In this document: piece after piece, positions 51,059 to 64,000 of the stretch
How the letters are laid out: every line of letters starts with the position of its first letter
Position numbering within the stretch: the first letter of the stretch is position 1
Assembly (NCBI GenBank): GCA_964016885.1
Contig: OZ024752.1
Coordinates: forward strand, 29,512,001 to 29,576,000
Length of the DNA: 64,000 bases
Reading direction: 5' to 3'
Source: Eledone cirrhosa
Taxonomy: Eukaryota
The notes under the pieces: generated by a model
Database searches by the model: none
The model's input: the letters and a program-made list of their open reading frames with translations, nothing else
What the model was told of the DNA's origin: nothing
Made by a program: the position numbers and the translations under genes

Positions 51059-51107
51059 ATTATTATTATCCATTGTCAATGCTTGAATAACAAATTATCA
51101 TGTTTAC

Positions 51108-51128
51108 CTGCTGAGTTTGTTCTTCCTT
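51108..51128 (-). CDS. Candidate 21-nt microexon (KEEQTQQ in phase 0, or EGRTNSA in phase 1)
   Basis: gaccttcag|AAGGAAGAACAAACTCAGCAG|gtaaac; purine-rich, length a multiple of 3, immediately beside the 59-bp satellite A. Confidence 0.35.
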
Positions 51129-51494
51129 CTGAAGGTCGTATTAACTATTAGATGATTACTAACTATCATGCCAACCTCAAAAAAAAAAAATATATATAGC
51201 CTTTATCATTCACAAGGCATATAGGTCATAGGTCATTGGAGGGGGTTGTGGCAAGGGCATAATTATAGTCATCTCAAAAACTGATTGTCCACATTGCTAA
51301 AAGTTACACATTAATGTGTAAAAAATAAAACTGTCTACAATTTTTTGTGTTTATAAATTCGTATGTTGTCTTGATTGTTGAACTAATTACGAAACAGAGT
51401 GATAAAGTCATAATTGATCGATCATATTATGTGATTGATCATTGATATGTTTGTATTTGCAAATAACAACCTCCTAATAGCTAACATTTCTGAA

Positions 51495-52075
51495 TATGCA
51501 GAGAAATCTCAGTGGATGGGACTTGTGGAAGTGGCAGACTGAGCAAGACATGGGATGAAGTAGGGAAGACAAACCTTCGGAAGCTGAATCTCATGGCAGA
51601 GATGACAAAGGACCACGAAGATTGGTGACATACAATACTGGAGAACACACACTTCCCAGCAAAAAAATTTGACCCGACCCTTTATTCTTCATTGCTGCTC
51701 CTTAGAAACTACTCACACTATCCCTATATAACTCCTATTCTATTGAAGATCAATACCATGCTCACATCACCCCATCAAACCCTACCACATCTGTTTTATA
51801 CCCATGACTTTCTCACTCCTTCTCTCCCCTACATCACCATTTGAACACCTCCCTCAATATTGAACCTGTCACTTTCCCACCCACCTCTTGTCACTTACCC
51901 TTCATATACCTATCACTCTTCTTATTTCTTCCATCCTATTCCCACCCTACATCAGCCTCCATAGAGTAGAGACAGAGAGAGAGATAGATAGATCTTCTGT
52001 TGCGTCTATGACCACCGACAACTTCCCTATAATGGGCGCAATAAAAAACATGCAATGCACTCTGTAAAGTGACTT
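51495..52075 (+). mobile_element. Old RTE-like 3' fragment
   Basis: VDGTCGSGRLSKTWDEVGKTNLRKLNL.AEMTKD.EDW parallels the end of the RTE ORF; later gcactctgtaaagtg tail motif. Confidence 0.65.
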
Positions 52076-52304
52076 GTATAAATTAAGTTGTCCTCCGATG
52101 TGTGGCACAAAACTAAAAAAAAAAATCATAGAAATGACATATGCTACCCTATGGCCCATATATCCTGTGAATGATAAAGGTGATATGTTCTGAGGTTGGC
52201 ATCTGATTGTTAATATGGCTTTCAGAAAGAGGGTGGATAGAAGAAATAACAATGATAGAAGAAAGACCAGGGCAAATGGGTGAAAGATGCAAGAGTATAA
52301 TGAC

Positions 52305-52372
<68 letters not shown>
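52305..52372. repeat. (GA)n microsatellite
   Basis: Directly visible. Confidence 0.95.
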
Positions 52373-52375
<3 letters not shown>

Positions 52376-52447
52376 TAGAGAGTATATTGGGGGAAGTAAT
52401 AGAAGAGAGACAGTAATGAGAGATAGGAGTGACTATGATGGGAAAAG

Positions 52448-55400
52448 CAATGTAGCAGAGTTGGCAGTAATGGTAGCTACATGTAGAAGTGAGAGCTATC
52501 ACCCTTCAATGTATCAGAGTTGGCAGTAATGGTAGCTACATGTAGAACTGAGAGCTATCACTCTCCAATGTAGTAAAGTTGACAGTAATGGTAGATACAT
52601 GTAGAAGTGAGAGCTATCACTCTCCAATGTAGTAGAGTTGACAGTAATGGTAGCTACATGTGGAAGTGAGAGCTATCACTCTCCAACGTAGCAGAGTTGG
52701 CAGTAATGGTAGCTACATGTAGAAGTGAGAGCTATCACTCTCCAATGTAGCAGAGTTGGCAGTAATGGTAGCTATATGTAGAAGTGAGAGCTACTACTCT
52801 CTAATGTAGTAAAGTTGACAGTAATGGTAGCTACATGTAGAAGTGAGAGCTATCACTCTCCAATGTAGTAGAGTTGACAGTAATGGTAGCTACATGTGGA
52901 AGTGAGAGCTATCATTCTCCAACGTAGCAGAGTTGGCAGTAATGGTAGCTACATGTAGAAGTGAGAGCTATCACTCTCCAATGTAGTAGAGTTGGCAGTA
53001 ATGGTAGCTACATGTAGAAGTGAGAACTATCACTCTCCAATGTAGCAGAGTTAGCAGTAATGGAAGCTACATGTAGAACTGAGAGCTATAACTCTCCAAT
53101 GTAGCAGAGTTGGCAGTAATGGTAGCTACATGTAGAAGTGAGAGCTATCACTTTCCAATGTAGCAGAGTTGGCAGTAATTGTAGCTACATGTAAAAGTGA
53201 GAGCTATCACTTTCCAATGTAGCAGAGTTGGGTGTAATGGTAGCTACATGTAGAAGTGAGAGCTATCACTCTCCAATGTGGTAAAGTTGGCAGTAATGGT
53301 AGCTACATGTGGAAGTGAGCGCTATCACTCTCCAACGTAGCAGAGTTGGCAATAATGATAGCTACATGTAGAAGCGAGAGCTATCATTCTCCAATGTAGC
53401 AGAGTTGGCAGTAATGGTAGCTACATGTAGAAGTGAGAGCTATCACCCTTCAATGTATCAGAGTTGGCAGTAATGGTAGCTACATGTAGAACTGAGAGCT
53501 ATCACTTTCCAATGTAGCAGAGTTGGCAGTAATTGTAGCTACATGTAAAAGTGAGAGCTATCACTCTCCAATGTAGCAGAGTTGGTAGTAATGGTAGCTA
53601 CATGTAGAAGTGAGAGCTATCACTCTCCAATGTGGTAAAGTTGGCAGTAATGGTAGCTACATGTAGAACTGAGAGCTATAACTCTCCAATGTAGCAGAGT
53701 TGGCAGTAATGGTAGCTACATGTAGAAGTGAGAGCTATCACTTTCCAATGTAGCAGAGTTGGCAGTAATTGTAGCTACATGTAAAAGTGAGAGCTATCAC
53801 TCTCCAATGTAGCAGAGTTGGTAGTAATGGTAGCTACATGTAGAAGTGAGAGCTATCACTCTCCAATGTGGTAAAGTTGGCAGTAATGGTAGCTACATGT
53901 AGAAGTGAGAGCTATCACTCTCCAATGTAGTAGAGTTGACAGTAATGGTAGCTACATGTGGTAGTGAGAGCTATCACTCTCCAACGTAGCAGAGTTGGCA
54001 GTAATGGTAGCTACATGTAGAAGTGAGAGCTATCACCCTTCAATGTATCAGAGTTGGCAGTAATGGTAGCTACATGTAGAACTGAGAGCTATCACTCTCC
54101 AATGTAGCAGAGTTGGCAGTAATGGTAGCTACATGTAGAAGTGAGAGCTATCACTCTCCAATGTAGCAGAGTTGGCAGTAATAGTAGCTACATGTAGAAT
54201 TGAGAGCTATCACTCTCCAATGTAGCAGAGTTGGCAGTAATGGTAGCTACATATAGAACTGAGAGCTATCACTCTCCAATGTAGCAGAGTTGGCAGTAAT
54301 GGTAGCTGCATGTAGAAGTGAGAGCTATCACTCTCCAATGTAGTAGAGTTGACAGTAATGGTAGATACATGTGGTAGTGAGAGCTATCACTCTCCAACGT
54401 AGCAGAGTTGGCAGTAATGGTAGCTACATGTAGAAGTGAGAGCTATCACTCTCCAATGTAGCAGAGTTGGCAGTAATGGTACCTACATGTAGAACTGAGA
54501 GCTATCACTCTCCAACGTAGCAGAGTTGGCAGTAATGGTAGCTACATGTAGAAGTGAGAGCTATCACTCTCCAATGTAGCAGAGTTGGCAGTAATGGTAG
54601 CTACATGTAGAAGTGAGAGCTACTACTCTCTAATGTAGTAAAGTTGACAGTAATGGTAGCTACATGTAGAAGTGAGAGCTATCACTCTCCAATGTAGTAG
54701 AGTTGACAGTAATGGTAGCTACATGTGGTAGTGAGAGTTATCACTCTCCAACGTAGCAGAGTTCGCAGTAATGGTAGCTACATGAAGAAGTGAGAGCTAT
54801 CACTCTCCAATGTAGCAGAGTTGGCAGTAATGGTAGCTACATGTAGAAGTGAGAGCTACTACTCTCTAATGTAGTAAAGTTGACAGTAATGGTAGCTACA
54901 TGTAGAAGTGAGAGCTATCACTCTCTAATGTAGTAGAGTTGACAGTAATGGTAGCTACATGTGGAAGTGAGAGCTATCACTCTCCAACGTAGCAGAGTTG
55001 GCAGTAATGGTAGCTACATGTAGAAGTGGGAGCTATCACTCTCCAATGTAGCAGAGTTGGCAGTAATGGTAGCTACATGTAGAAGCGAGAGCTACTACTC
55101 TCTAATGTAGTAAAGTTGACAGTAATGGTAGCTACATGTAGAAGTGAGAGCTATCACTCTCCAATGTAGTAGAGTTGACAGTAATGGTAGCTACATGTGG
55201 AAGTGAGAGCTATCACTCTCCAACGTAGCAGAGTTGGCAGTAATGGTAGCTACATGTAGAAGTGAGAGCTATCACTCTCCAATGTAGTAGAGTTGGCAGT
55301 AATGGTAGCTACATGTAGAAGTGAGAACTATAACTCTCCAATGTAGCAGAGTTGGCAGTAATGGTAGCTACATGTAGAAGTGAGAGCTATCACTCTCCAA

Positions 55401-58400
55401 TGCAGCAGACTAGGCAGTAATGGTAGCTACATGTAGAATTGAGAGCTATCACTCTCCAATGTAGCAGAGTTGGCAGTAATGGTAGCTACATGTGGAAGTG
55501 AGAGATATCACTCTCCAATGTAGCAGAGTTGGCAGTAATGGTAGCTACATGTAGAAGTGAGAGCTATTACTCTCCAATGTGGTAAAGTTGGCAGTAATGG
55601 TAGCTACATGTAGAAGTGAGAGCTATCAATCTCCAATATAGTAGAGTTGACAGTAATGGTAGCTACATGTGGTAGTGAGAGCTATCACTCTCCAACGTAG
55701 CAGAGTTGGCAGTAATGGTAGCTACATGTAGAAGTGAGAGCTATCACTCTCCAATGTAGCAGAGTTGGCAGTAATGGTAGCTACATGTAGAAGTGAGAGC
55801 TACTACTCTCTAATGTAGTAAAGTTGACAGTAATGGTAGCTACATGTAGAAGTGAGAGCTATCACTCTCCAATGTAGTAGAGTTGACAGTAATGGTAGCT
55901 ACATGTGGAAGTGAGAGCTATCACTCTCCAACGTAGCAGAGTTGGCAGTAATGGTAGCTACATGTAGAAGTGAGAGCTATCACTCTCCAATGCAGCAGAC
56001 TTGGCAGTAATGGTAGCTACATGTAGAATTGAGAGCTATCACTCTCCAATGTAGCAGAGTTGGCAGTAATGGTAGCTACATGTGGAAGTGAGAGATATCA
56101 CTCTCCAATGTAGCAGAGTTGGCAGTAATGGTAGCTACATGTAGAAGTGAGAGCTATTACTCTCCAATGTGGTAAAGTTGGCAGTAATGGTAGCTACATG
56201 TAGAAGTGAGAGCTATCACTCTCCAATGTAGTAGAGTTGACAGTAATGGTAGCTACATGTGGTAGTGAGAGCTATCACTCTCCAACGTAGCAGAGTTGGC
56301 AGTAATGGTAGCTACATGTAGAAGTGAGAGCTATCACTCTCCAACGTAGCAGAGTTGGCAGTAATGGTAGCTACATGTAGAAGTGAGAGCTATCACTCTC
56401 CAATGTAGCAGAGTTGGCAGTAATGGTAGCTACATGTAGAAGTGAGAGCTACTACTCTCTAATGTAGTAAAGTTGACAGTAATGGTAGCTACATGTAGAA
56501 GTGAGAGCTATCACTCTCCAATGTAGTAGAGTTGACAGTAATGGTAGCTACATGTGGAAGTGAGAGCTATCACTCTCCAACGTAGCAGAGTTGGCAGTAA
56601 TGGTAGCTACATGTAGAAGTGAGAGCTATCACTCTCCAATGTAGTAGAGTTGGCAGTAATGGTAGCTACATGTAGAAGTGAGAACTATCACTCTCCAATG
56701 TAGCAGAGTTGGCAGTAATGGTAGCTACATGTAGAACTGAGAGCTATCACTCTCCAATGTAGCAGAGTTGGCAGTAATGGTAGCTACATGTAGAAGTGAG
56801 AGCTATCATTCTCCAATGTAGCAGAGTTGGCAGTAATGGTAGCTACATGTAAAAGTGAGAGCTATCACTCTCCAATGTAGCAGAGTTGGGTGTAATGGTA
56901 GCTACATGTAGAAGTGAGAGCTATCACTCTCCAATGCAGCAGACTTGGCAGTAATGGTAGCTACATGTAGAATTGAGAGCTATCACTCTCCAATGTAGCA
57001 GAGTTGGCAGTAATGGTAGCTACATGTGGAAGTGAGAGATATCACTCTCCAATGTAGCAGAGTTGGCAGTAATGGTAGCTACATGTAGAAGTGAGAGCTA
57101 TTACTCTCCAATGTGGTAAAGTTGGCAGTAATGGTAGCTACATGTAGAAGTGAGAGCTATCACTCTCCAATGTAGTAGAGTTGACAGTAATGGTAGCTAC
57201 ATGTGGTAGTGAGAGCTATCACTCTCCAACGTAGCAGAGTTGGCAGTAATGGTAGCTACATGTAGAAGTGAGAGCTATCACTCTCCAACGTAGCAGAGTT
57301 GGCAGTAATGGTAGCTACATGTAGAAGTGAGAGCTATCACTCTCCAATGTAGCAGAGTTGGCAGTAATGGTAGCTACATGTAGAAGTGAGAGCTACTACT
57401 CTCTAATGTAGTAAAGTTGACAGTAATGGTAGCTACATGTAGAAGTGAGAGCTATCACTCTCCAATGTAGTAGAGTTGACAGTAATGGTAGCTACATGTG
57501 GAAGTGAGAGCTATCACTCTCCAACGTAGCAGAGTTGGCAGTAATGGTAGCTACATGTAGAAGTGAGAGCTATCACTCTCCAATGTAGTAGAGTTGGCAG
57601 TAATGGTAGCTACATGTAGAAGTGAGAACTATCACTCTCCAATGTAGCAGAGTTGGCAGTAATGGTAGCTACATGTAGAACTGAGAGCTATCACTCTCCA
57701 ATGTAGCAGAGTTGGCAGTAATGGTAGCTACATGTAGAAGTGAGAGCTATCATTCTCCAATGTAGCAGAGTTGGCAGTAATGGTAGCTACATGTAAAAGT
57801 GAGAGCTATCACTCTCCAATGTAGCAGAGTTGGGTGTAATGGTAGCTACATCTAGAAGTGAGAGCTATCACTCTCCAATGTGGTAAAGTTGGCAGTAATG
57901 GTAGCTACATGTGGAAGTGAGAGCTATCACTCTCCAATGTAGCAGAGTTGGCAGTAATGGTAGCTACATGTAGAAGTGAGAGCTATCACTCTCCAACGTA
58001 GCAGAGTTGGCAGTAATGGTAGCTCCATGTAGAAGTGAGAGCTATCACTCTCCAATGTAGTAGAGTTGGCAGTAATGGTAGCTACATGTGGAAGTGAGAA
58101 CTATCACTCTCCAATGTAGCAGAGTTGGCAGTAATGGTAGCTAAATGTAGAACTGAGAGCTATCACTCTCCAATGTAGCAGAGTTGGCAGTAATGGTAGC
58201 TACATGTAGAAGTGAGAGCTATCACTCTCCAATGTAGCAGAATTGGCAGTAATGGTAGCTACATGTAGAAGTGAGAGCTATCACTCTCCAATGTAGTAGA
58301 GTTGGCAGTAATGTTAGCTACATGTGGAAGTGAGAACTATCACTCTCCAATGCAGCAGACTTGGCAGTAATGGTAGCTACATGTAGAAGTGAGAGCTATC

Positions 58401-61400
58401 ACTCTCCAATGTAGCAGAGTTGGCAGTAATGGTAGCTACATGTAGAAGTGAGAGCTACTACCCTCTAATGTAGTAAAGTTGACAGTAATGGTAGCTACAT
58501 GTAGAAGTGAGAGCTATCACTCTCCAATGTAGTAGAGTTGACAGTAATGGTAGCTACATGTGGAAGTGAGAGCTATCACTCTCCAACGTAGCAGAGTTGG
58601 CAGTAATGGTAGCTACATGTAGAAGTGAGAGCTATCACTCTCCAATGTAGTAGAGTTGGCAGTAATGGTAGCTACATGTAGAAGTGAGAACTATCACTCT
58701 CCAATGTAGCAGAGTTGGCAGTAATGGTAGCTACATGTAAAAGTGAGAGCTATCACTCTCCAATGTAGCAGAGTTGGGTGTAATGGTAGCTACATCTAGA
58801 AGTGAGAGCTATCACTCTCCAATGTGGTAAAGTTGGCAGTAATGGTAGCTACATGTGGAAGTGAGCGCTATCACTCTCCAACGTAGCAGAGTTGGCAGTA
58901 ATGATAGCTACATGTAGAAGTGAGAGCTATCACTCTCCAACGTAGCAGAGTTGGCAGTAATGGTAGCTACATGTAGAACTGAGAGCTATCACTCTCCAAT
59001 GTAGCAGAGTTGGCAGTAATGGTAGCTACATGTAGAAGTGAGAGCTATCACTCTCCAATGTAGCAGAGTTGGCAGTAATATTAGCTACATGTAGAATTGA
59101 GAGCTATCACTCTCCAATGTAACAGAGTTGGCAGTAATGGTAGCTACATGTAGAACTGAGAGCTATCACTCTCCAATGTAGCAGAGTTGGCAGTAATGTT
59201 AGCTACATGTAGAAGTGAGAGCTACTACTCTCTAATGTAGTAAAGTTGACAGTAATGGTAGCTACATGTAGAAGTGAGAGCTATCACTCTCCAATGTAGT
59301 AGAGTTGACAGTAATGGTAGCTACATGTGGAAGTGAGAGCTATCACTCTCCAACGTAGCAGAGTTGGCAGTAATGGTAGCTACATGTAGAAGTGAGAGCT
59401 ATCACTCTCCAATGTAGTAGAGTTGGCAGTAATGGTAGCTACATGTGGAAGTGAGAACTATCACTCTCCAATGTAGCAGAGTTGGCAGTAATGGTAGCTA
59501 AATGTAGAACTGAGAGCTATCACTCTCCAATGTAGCAGAGTTGGCAGTAATGGTAGCTACATGTAGAAGTGAGAGCTATCACTCTCCAATGTAGCAGAGT
59601 TGGCAGTAATGGTAGCTACATGTAGAAGTGAGAGCTATCACTCTCCAATGTAGTAGAGTTGGCAGTAATGGTAGCTACATATGGAAGTGAGAACTATCAC
59701 TCTCCAATGCAGCAGAGTTGGCAGTAATGGTAGCTACATGTAGAAGTGAGAGCTACTACTCTCTAATGTAGTAAAGTTGACAGTAATGGTAGCTACATGT
59801 AGAAGTGAGAGCTATCACTCTCCAATGTAGTAGAGTTGATAGTAATGGTAGCTACATGTGGAAGTGAGAGCTATCACTCTCCAACGTAGCAGAGTTGGCA
59901 GTAATGGTAGCTAAATGTAGAAGTGAGAGCTATCACTCTCCAATGTAGTAGAGTTGGCAGTAATGGTAGCTACATGTAGAAGTGAGAGCTATCACTCTCC
60001 AATGTAGCAGAGTTGGCAGTAATGGTAGCTACATGTAGAAGTGAGAGCTACTACTCTCTAATGTAGTAAAGTTGACAGTAATGGTAGCTACATGTGGTAG
60101 GGAGAGCTATCACTCTCCAACGTAGCAGAGTTGGCAGTAATGGTAGCTACATGTAGGAGTGAGAGCTATCATTCTCCAATGTAGCAGAGTTGGCAGTAAT
60201 GGTAGCTACATGTAGAAGTGAGAGCTATCACTCTCCAATGTAGTAGAGTTGGCAGTAATGGTAGCTACATGTGGAAGTGAGAGCTATCACTCTCCAATGT
60301 AGTAGAGTTGGCAGTAATGGTAGCTACATGTAGAAGTGAGAGCTACTACTCTCTAATGTAGTAAAGTTGACAGTAATGGTAGCTACATGTAGAAGTGAGA
60401 GCTATCACTCTCCAATGTAGCAGAGTTGGCAGTAATGGTAGCTACATGTGGAAGTGAGAGATATCACTCTCCAATGTAGCAGAGTTGGCAGTAATGGTAG
60501 CTACATGTAGAAGTGAGAGCTATTACTCTCCAATGTGGTAAAGTTGGCAGTAATGGTAGCTACATGTAGAAGTGAGAGCTATCACTCTCCAATGTAGTAG
60601 AGTTGACAGTAATGGTAGCTACATGTGGTAGTGAGAGCTATCACTCTCCAACGTAGCAGAGTTGGCAGTAATTGTAGCTACATGTAGAAGTGAGAGCTAT
60701 CACTCTCCAACGTAGCAGAGTTGGCAGTAATGGTAGCTACATGTAGAAGTGAGAGCTATCACTCTCCAATGTAGCAGAGTTGGCAGTAATGGTAGCTACA
60801 TGTAGAAGTGAGAGCTACTACTCTCTAATGTAGTAAAGTTGACAGTAATGGTAGCTACATGTAGAAGTGAGAGCTATCACTCTCCAATGTAGTAGAGTTG
60901 ACAGTAATGGTAGCTACATGTGGAAGTGAGAGCTATCACTCTCCAACATAGCAGAGTTGGCAGTAATGGTAGCTACATGTAGAAGTGAGAGCTATCACTC
61001 TCCAATGTAGTAGAGTTGGCAGTAATGGTAGCTACATGTAGAAGTGAGAACTATCACTCTCCAATGTAGCAGAGTTGGGTGTAATGGTAGCTACATGTAG
61101 AAGTGAGAGCTATCACTCCCCAATGCAGCAGACTTGGCAGTAATGGTAGCTACATGTAGAATTGAGAGCTATCACTCTCCAATGTAGCAGAGTTGGCAGT
61201 AATGGTAGCTACATGTGGAAGTGAGAGATATCACTCTCCAATGTAGCAGAGATGGCAGTAATGGTAGCTACATGTAGAAGTGAGAGCTATCACTCTCCAA
61301 TGTAGCAGAGTTGGCAGTAATGGTAGCTACATGTAGAAGTGAGAGCTACTACTCTCTAATGTAGTAAAGTTGACAGTAATGGTAGCTACATGTAGAAGTG

Positions 61401-64000
61401 AGAGCTATCACTCTCCAATGTAGCAGAGTTGGCAGTAATGGTAGCTACATGTAGAACTGAGAGCTATCACTCTCCAATGTAGCAGAGTTGGCAGTAATGG
61501 TAGCTACATGTAGAAGTGAGAGCTATCATTCTCCAATGTAGCAGAGTTGGCAGTAATGGTAGCTACATGTAAAAGTGAGAGCTATCACTCTCCAATGTAG
61601 CAGAGTTGGGTGTAATGGTAGCTACATGTAGAAGTGAGAGCTATCACTCCCCAATGCAGCAGACTTGGCAGTAATGGTAGCTACATGTAGAATTGAGAGC
61701 TATCACTCTCCAATGTAGCAGAGTTGGCAGTAATGGTAGCTACATGTGGAAGTGAGAGATATCACTCTCCAATGTAGCAGAGATGGCAGTAATGGTAGCT
61801 ACATGTAGAAGTAAGAGCTATCACTCTCCAATGCAGCAGACTTGGCAGTAATGTTAGCTACATGTAGAAGTGAGAGCTATCACTCTCCAATGTGGTAAAG
61901 TTGGCAGTAATGGGAGCTACATGTAGAAGTGAGAGCTATCACTCTCCAATGTAGTAGAGTTGACAGTAATGGTAGCTACATGTGGTAGTGAGAGTTATCA
62001 CTCTCCAACGTAGCAGAGTTGGCAGTAATGGTAGCTACATGTAGAAGTGAGAGCTATCACTCTCCAATGTAGCAGAGTTGGCATTAATGGTAGCTACATG
62101 TAGAAGTGAGAGCTATCATTCTCCAATGTAGCAGAGATGGCAGTAATGGTAGCTACATGTAGAAGTGAGAGCTACTACTCTCTAATGTAGTAAAGTTGAC
62201 AGTAATGGTAGCTACATGTAGAAGTGAGAGCTACCACTCTCCAATGTAGTAGAGTTGACAGTAATGGTAGCTACATGTGGAAGTGAGAGCTATCACTCTC
62301 CAAAGTAGCAGAGTTGGCAGTAATGGTAGCTACATGTAGAAGTGAGAGCTATCAGTCTCCAATGTAGCAGAGTTGGCAGTAATGGTAGCTACATGTAGAA
62401 GTGAGAGCTACTACTCTCTAATGTAGTAAAGTTGACAGTAATGGTAGCTACATGTAGAAGTGAGAGCTATCACTCTCCAATGTAGTAGAGTTGACAGTAA
62501 TGGTAGCTACATGTGGAAGTGAGAGCTATCACTCTCCAAAGTAGTAGAGTTGGCAGTAATGGTAGCTACATGTAGAATTGAGAACTATCACTCTCCAATG
62601 TAGCAGAGTTGGCAGTAATGGTAGCTACATGTAGAACTGAGAGCTATCACTCTCCAATGTAGCAGAGTTGGCAGTAATGGTAGCTACATGTAGAAGTGAG
62701 AGCTATCACTCTCCAATGTAGTAGAGTTGGCAGTAATGGTAGCTACATGTAAAAGTGAGAGCTATCACTCTCGAATGTAGCAGAGTTGGGTGTAATGGTA
62801 GCTACATGTAGAAGTGAGAGCTCTCACTCTCCAATGTGGTAAAGTTGGAAGTCATGGTAGCTACATGTAGAAGTGAGCGCTATCACTCTCCAACGTAGCA
62901 GAGTTGGCAGTAATGATAGCTACATGTAGAAGTGAGAGCTATCACTCTCCAATGTAGCAGAGTTGGCAGTAATGGTAGCTACATGTAGAAGTGAGAGCTA
63001 TCACTCTCCAATGCAGCAGACTTGGCAGTAATGGTAGCTACATGTAGAATTGAGAGCTATCACTCTCCAATGTAGCAGAGTTGGCAGTAATGGTAGCTAC
63101 ATGTGGAAGTGAGAGATATCACTCTCCAATGTGGCAGAGTTGGCAGTAATGGTAGCTACATGTAGAAGTGAGAGCTATCACTCTCCAATGTAGTAGAGTT
63201 GGCAGTAATTGTAGCTACATGTAGAAGTGAGAGCTATCACTCTCCAATGTAGTAGAGTTGGTAGTAATGGTAGCTACATGTAGAAGTGAGAGCTATCACT
63301 CTCCAATGTAGCAGAGTTGACAGTAATAGTAGCTACATGTAGAAGTGAGAGCTATCACTCTCCAATTTAGCAGAGTTGGCAGTAATGGTAGCTATATGTA
63401 GAAGTGAGAACTATCACTCTCCAATGTAGCAGAGTTGGCATTAATGGTAGCTACATGTAGAAGTGAGAGCTATCACTCTCCAATGTAGCAGAGTTGGCAG
63501 TAATAGTAGCTACATGTAGAAGTGAGAGCTATCACTCTCCAATTTAGCAGAGTTGGCAGTAATGGTAGCTACATGTAGAAGTGAGAGCTTTCACTCTCCA
63601 ATGTAGTAGAGTTGGCAGTCATGGTAGCTACATGTAGAAGTGAGAGCTATCACTCTCCAATGTAGCAGAGTTGGGTGCAATGGTAGCTACATGTAGAAGT
63701 GAGAGCTATCACTCTCCAATGTAGCAGAGTTGGCAGTAATGGTAGCTACATGTAGAAGTGAGAGCTACTACTCTCTAATGTAGTAAAGTTGACAGTAATG
63801 GTAGCTACATGTAGAAGTGAGAGCTACCACTCTCCAATGTAGTAGAGTTGACAGTAATGGTAGCTACATGTGGAAGTGAGAGCTATCACTCTCCAAAGTA
63901 GGAGAGTTGGCAGTAATGGTAGCTACATGTAGAAGTGAGAGCTATCAGTCTCCAATGTAGCAGAGTTGGCAGTAATGGTAGCTACATGTAGAAGTGAGAG
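52448..64000. repeat. 59-bp satellite B, at least ~195 units, running off the window end
   Basis: agctacatgtagaagtgagagctatcactctccaatgtagcagagttggcagtaatggt repeated with point variants. Confidence 0.98.

Noticed and set aside
48098-64000. CRISPR-like regular arrays
   Set aside because: Units are contiguous with no unique spacers, there are no cas genes, and the context is eukaryotic.

Overview
AT-rich, repeat-dominated eukaryotic DNA. The SINE/LINE families resemble those of octopus/cephalopods; this is an inference from family resemblance, not a database result. No intact long protein-coding gene is present, and the very long ORFs in the track are translations of simple repeats and satellites. 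About 40% of the window is tandem arrays: a 16-bp minisatellite (10.3-15.3 kb), a compound GACA/CATATGTATAA array (35.9-41.6 kb), 117-bp and 51-bp minisatellites, and two unrelated 59-bp satellites (48.1-51.1 kb and 52.4 kb to the end). The remainder holds decayed mobile elements: an R4/Dong-type RLE retrotransposon inside (TAA)n, two RTE-like LINEs with a Cys/His finger, L1/Tx1-like 3' ends, Penelope RT/GIY-YIG remnants, an internally deleted Helitron, two tRNA-derived SINE families, and piggyBac-, mariner-, pogo- and hAT-like MITEs. Small, phase-compatible minus-strand exons with canonical splice sites suggest the window is intronic sequence of a large gene of unknown product, including a candidate 3-nt microexon. 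The most unusual structure is a 296-bp copy of nearby sequence inserted at one exon's donor site with a 14-bp target-site duplication. I found no convincing novel multi-gene system.
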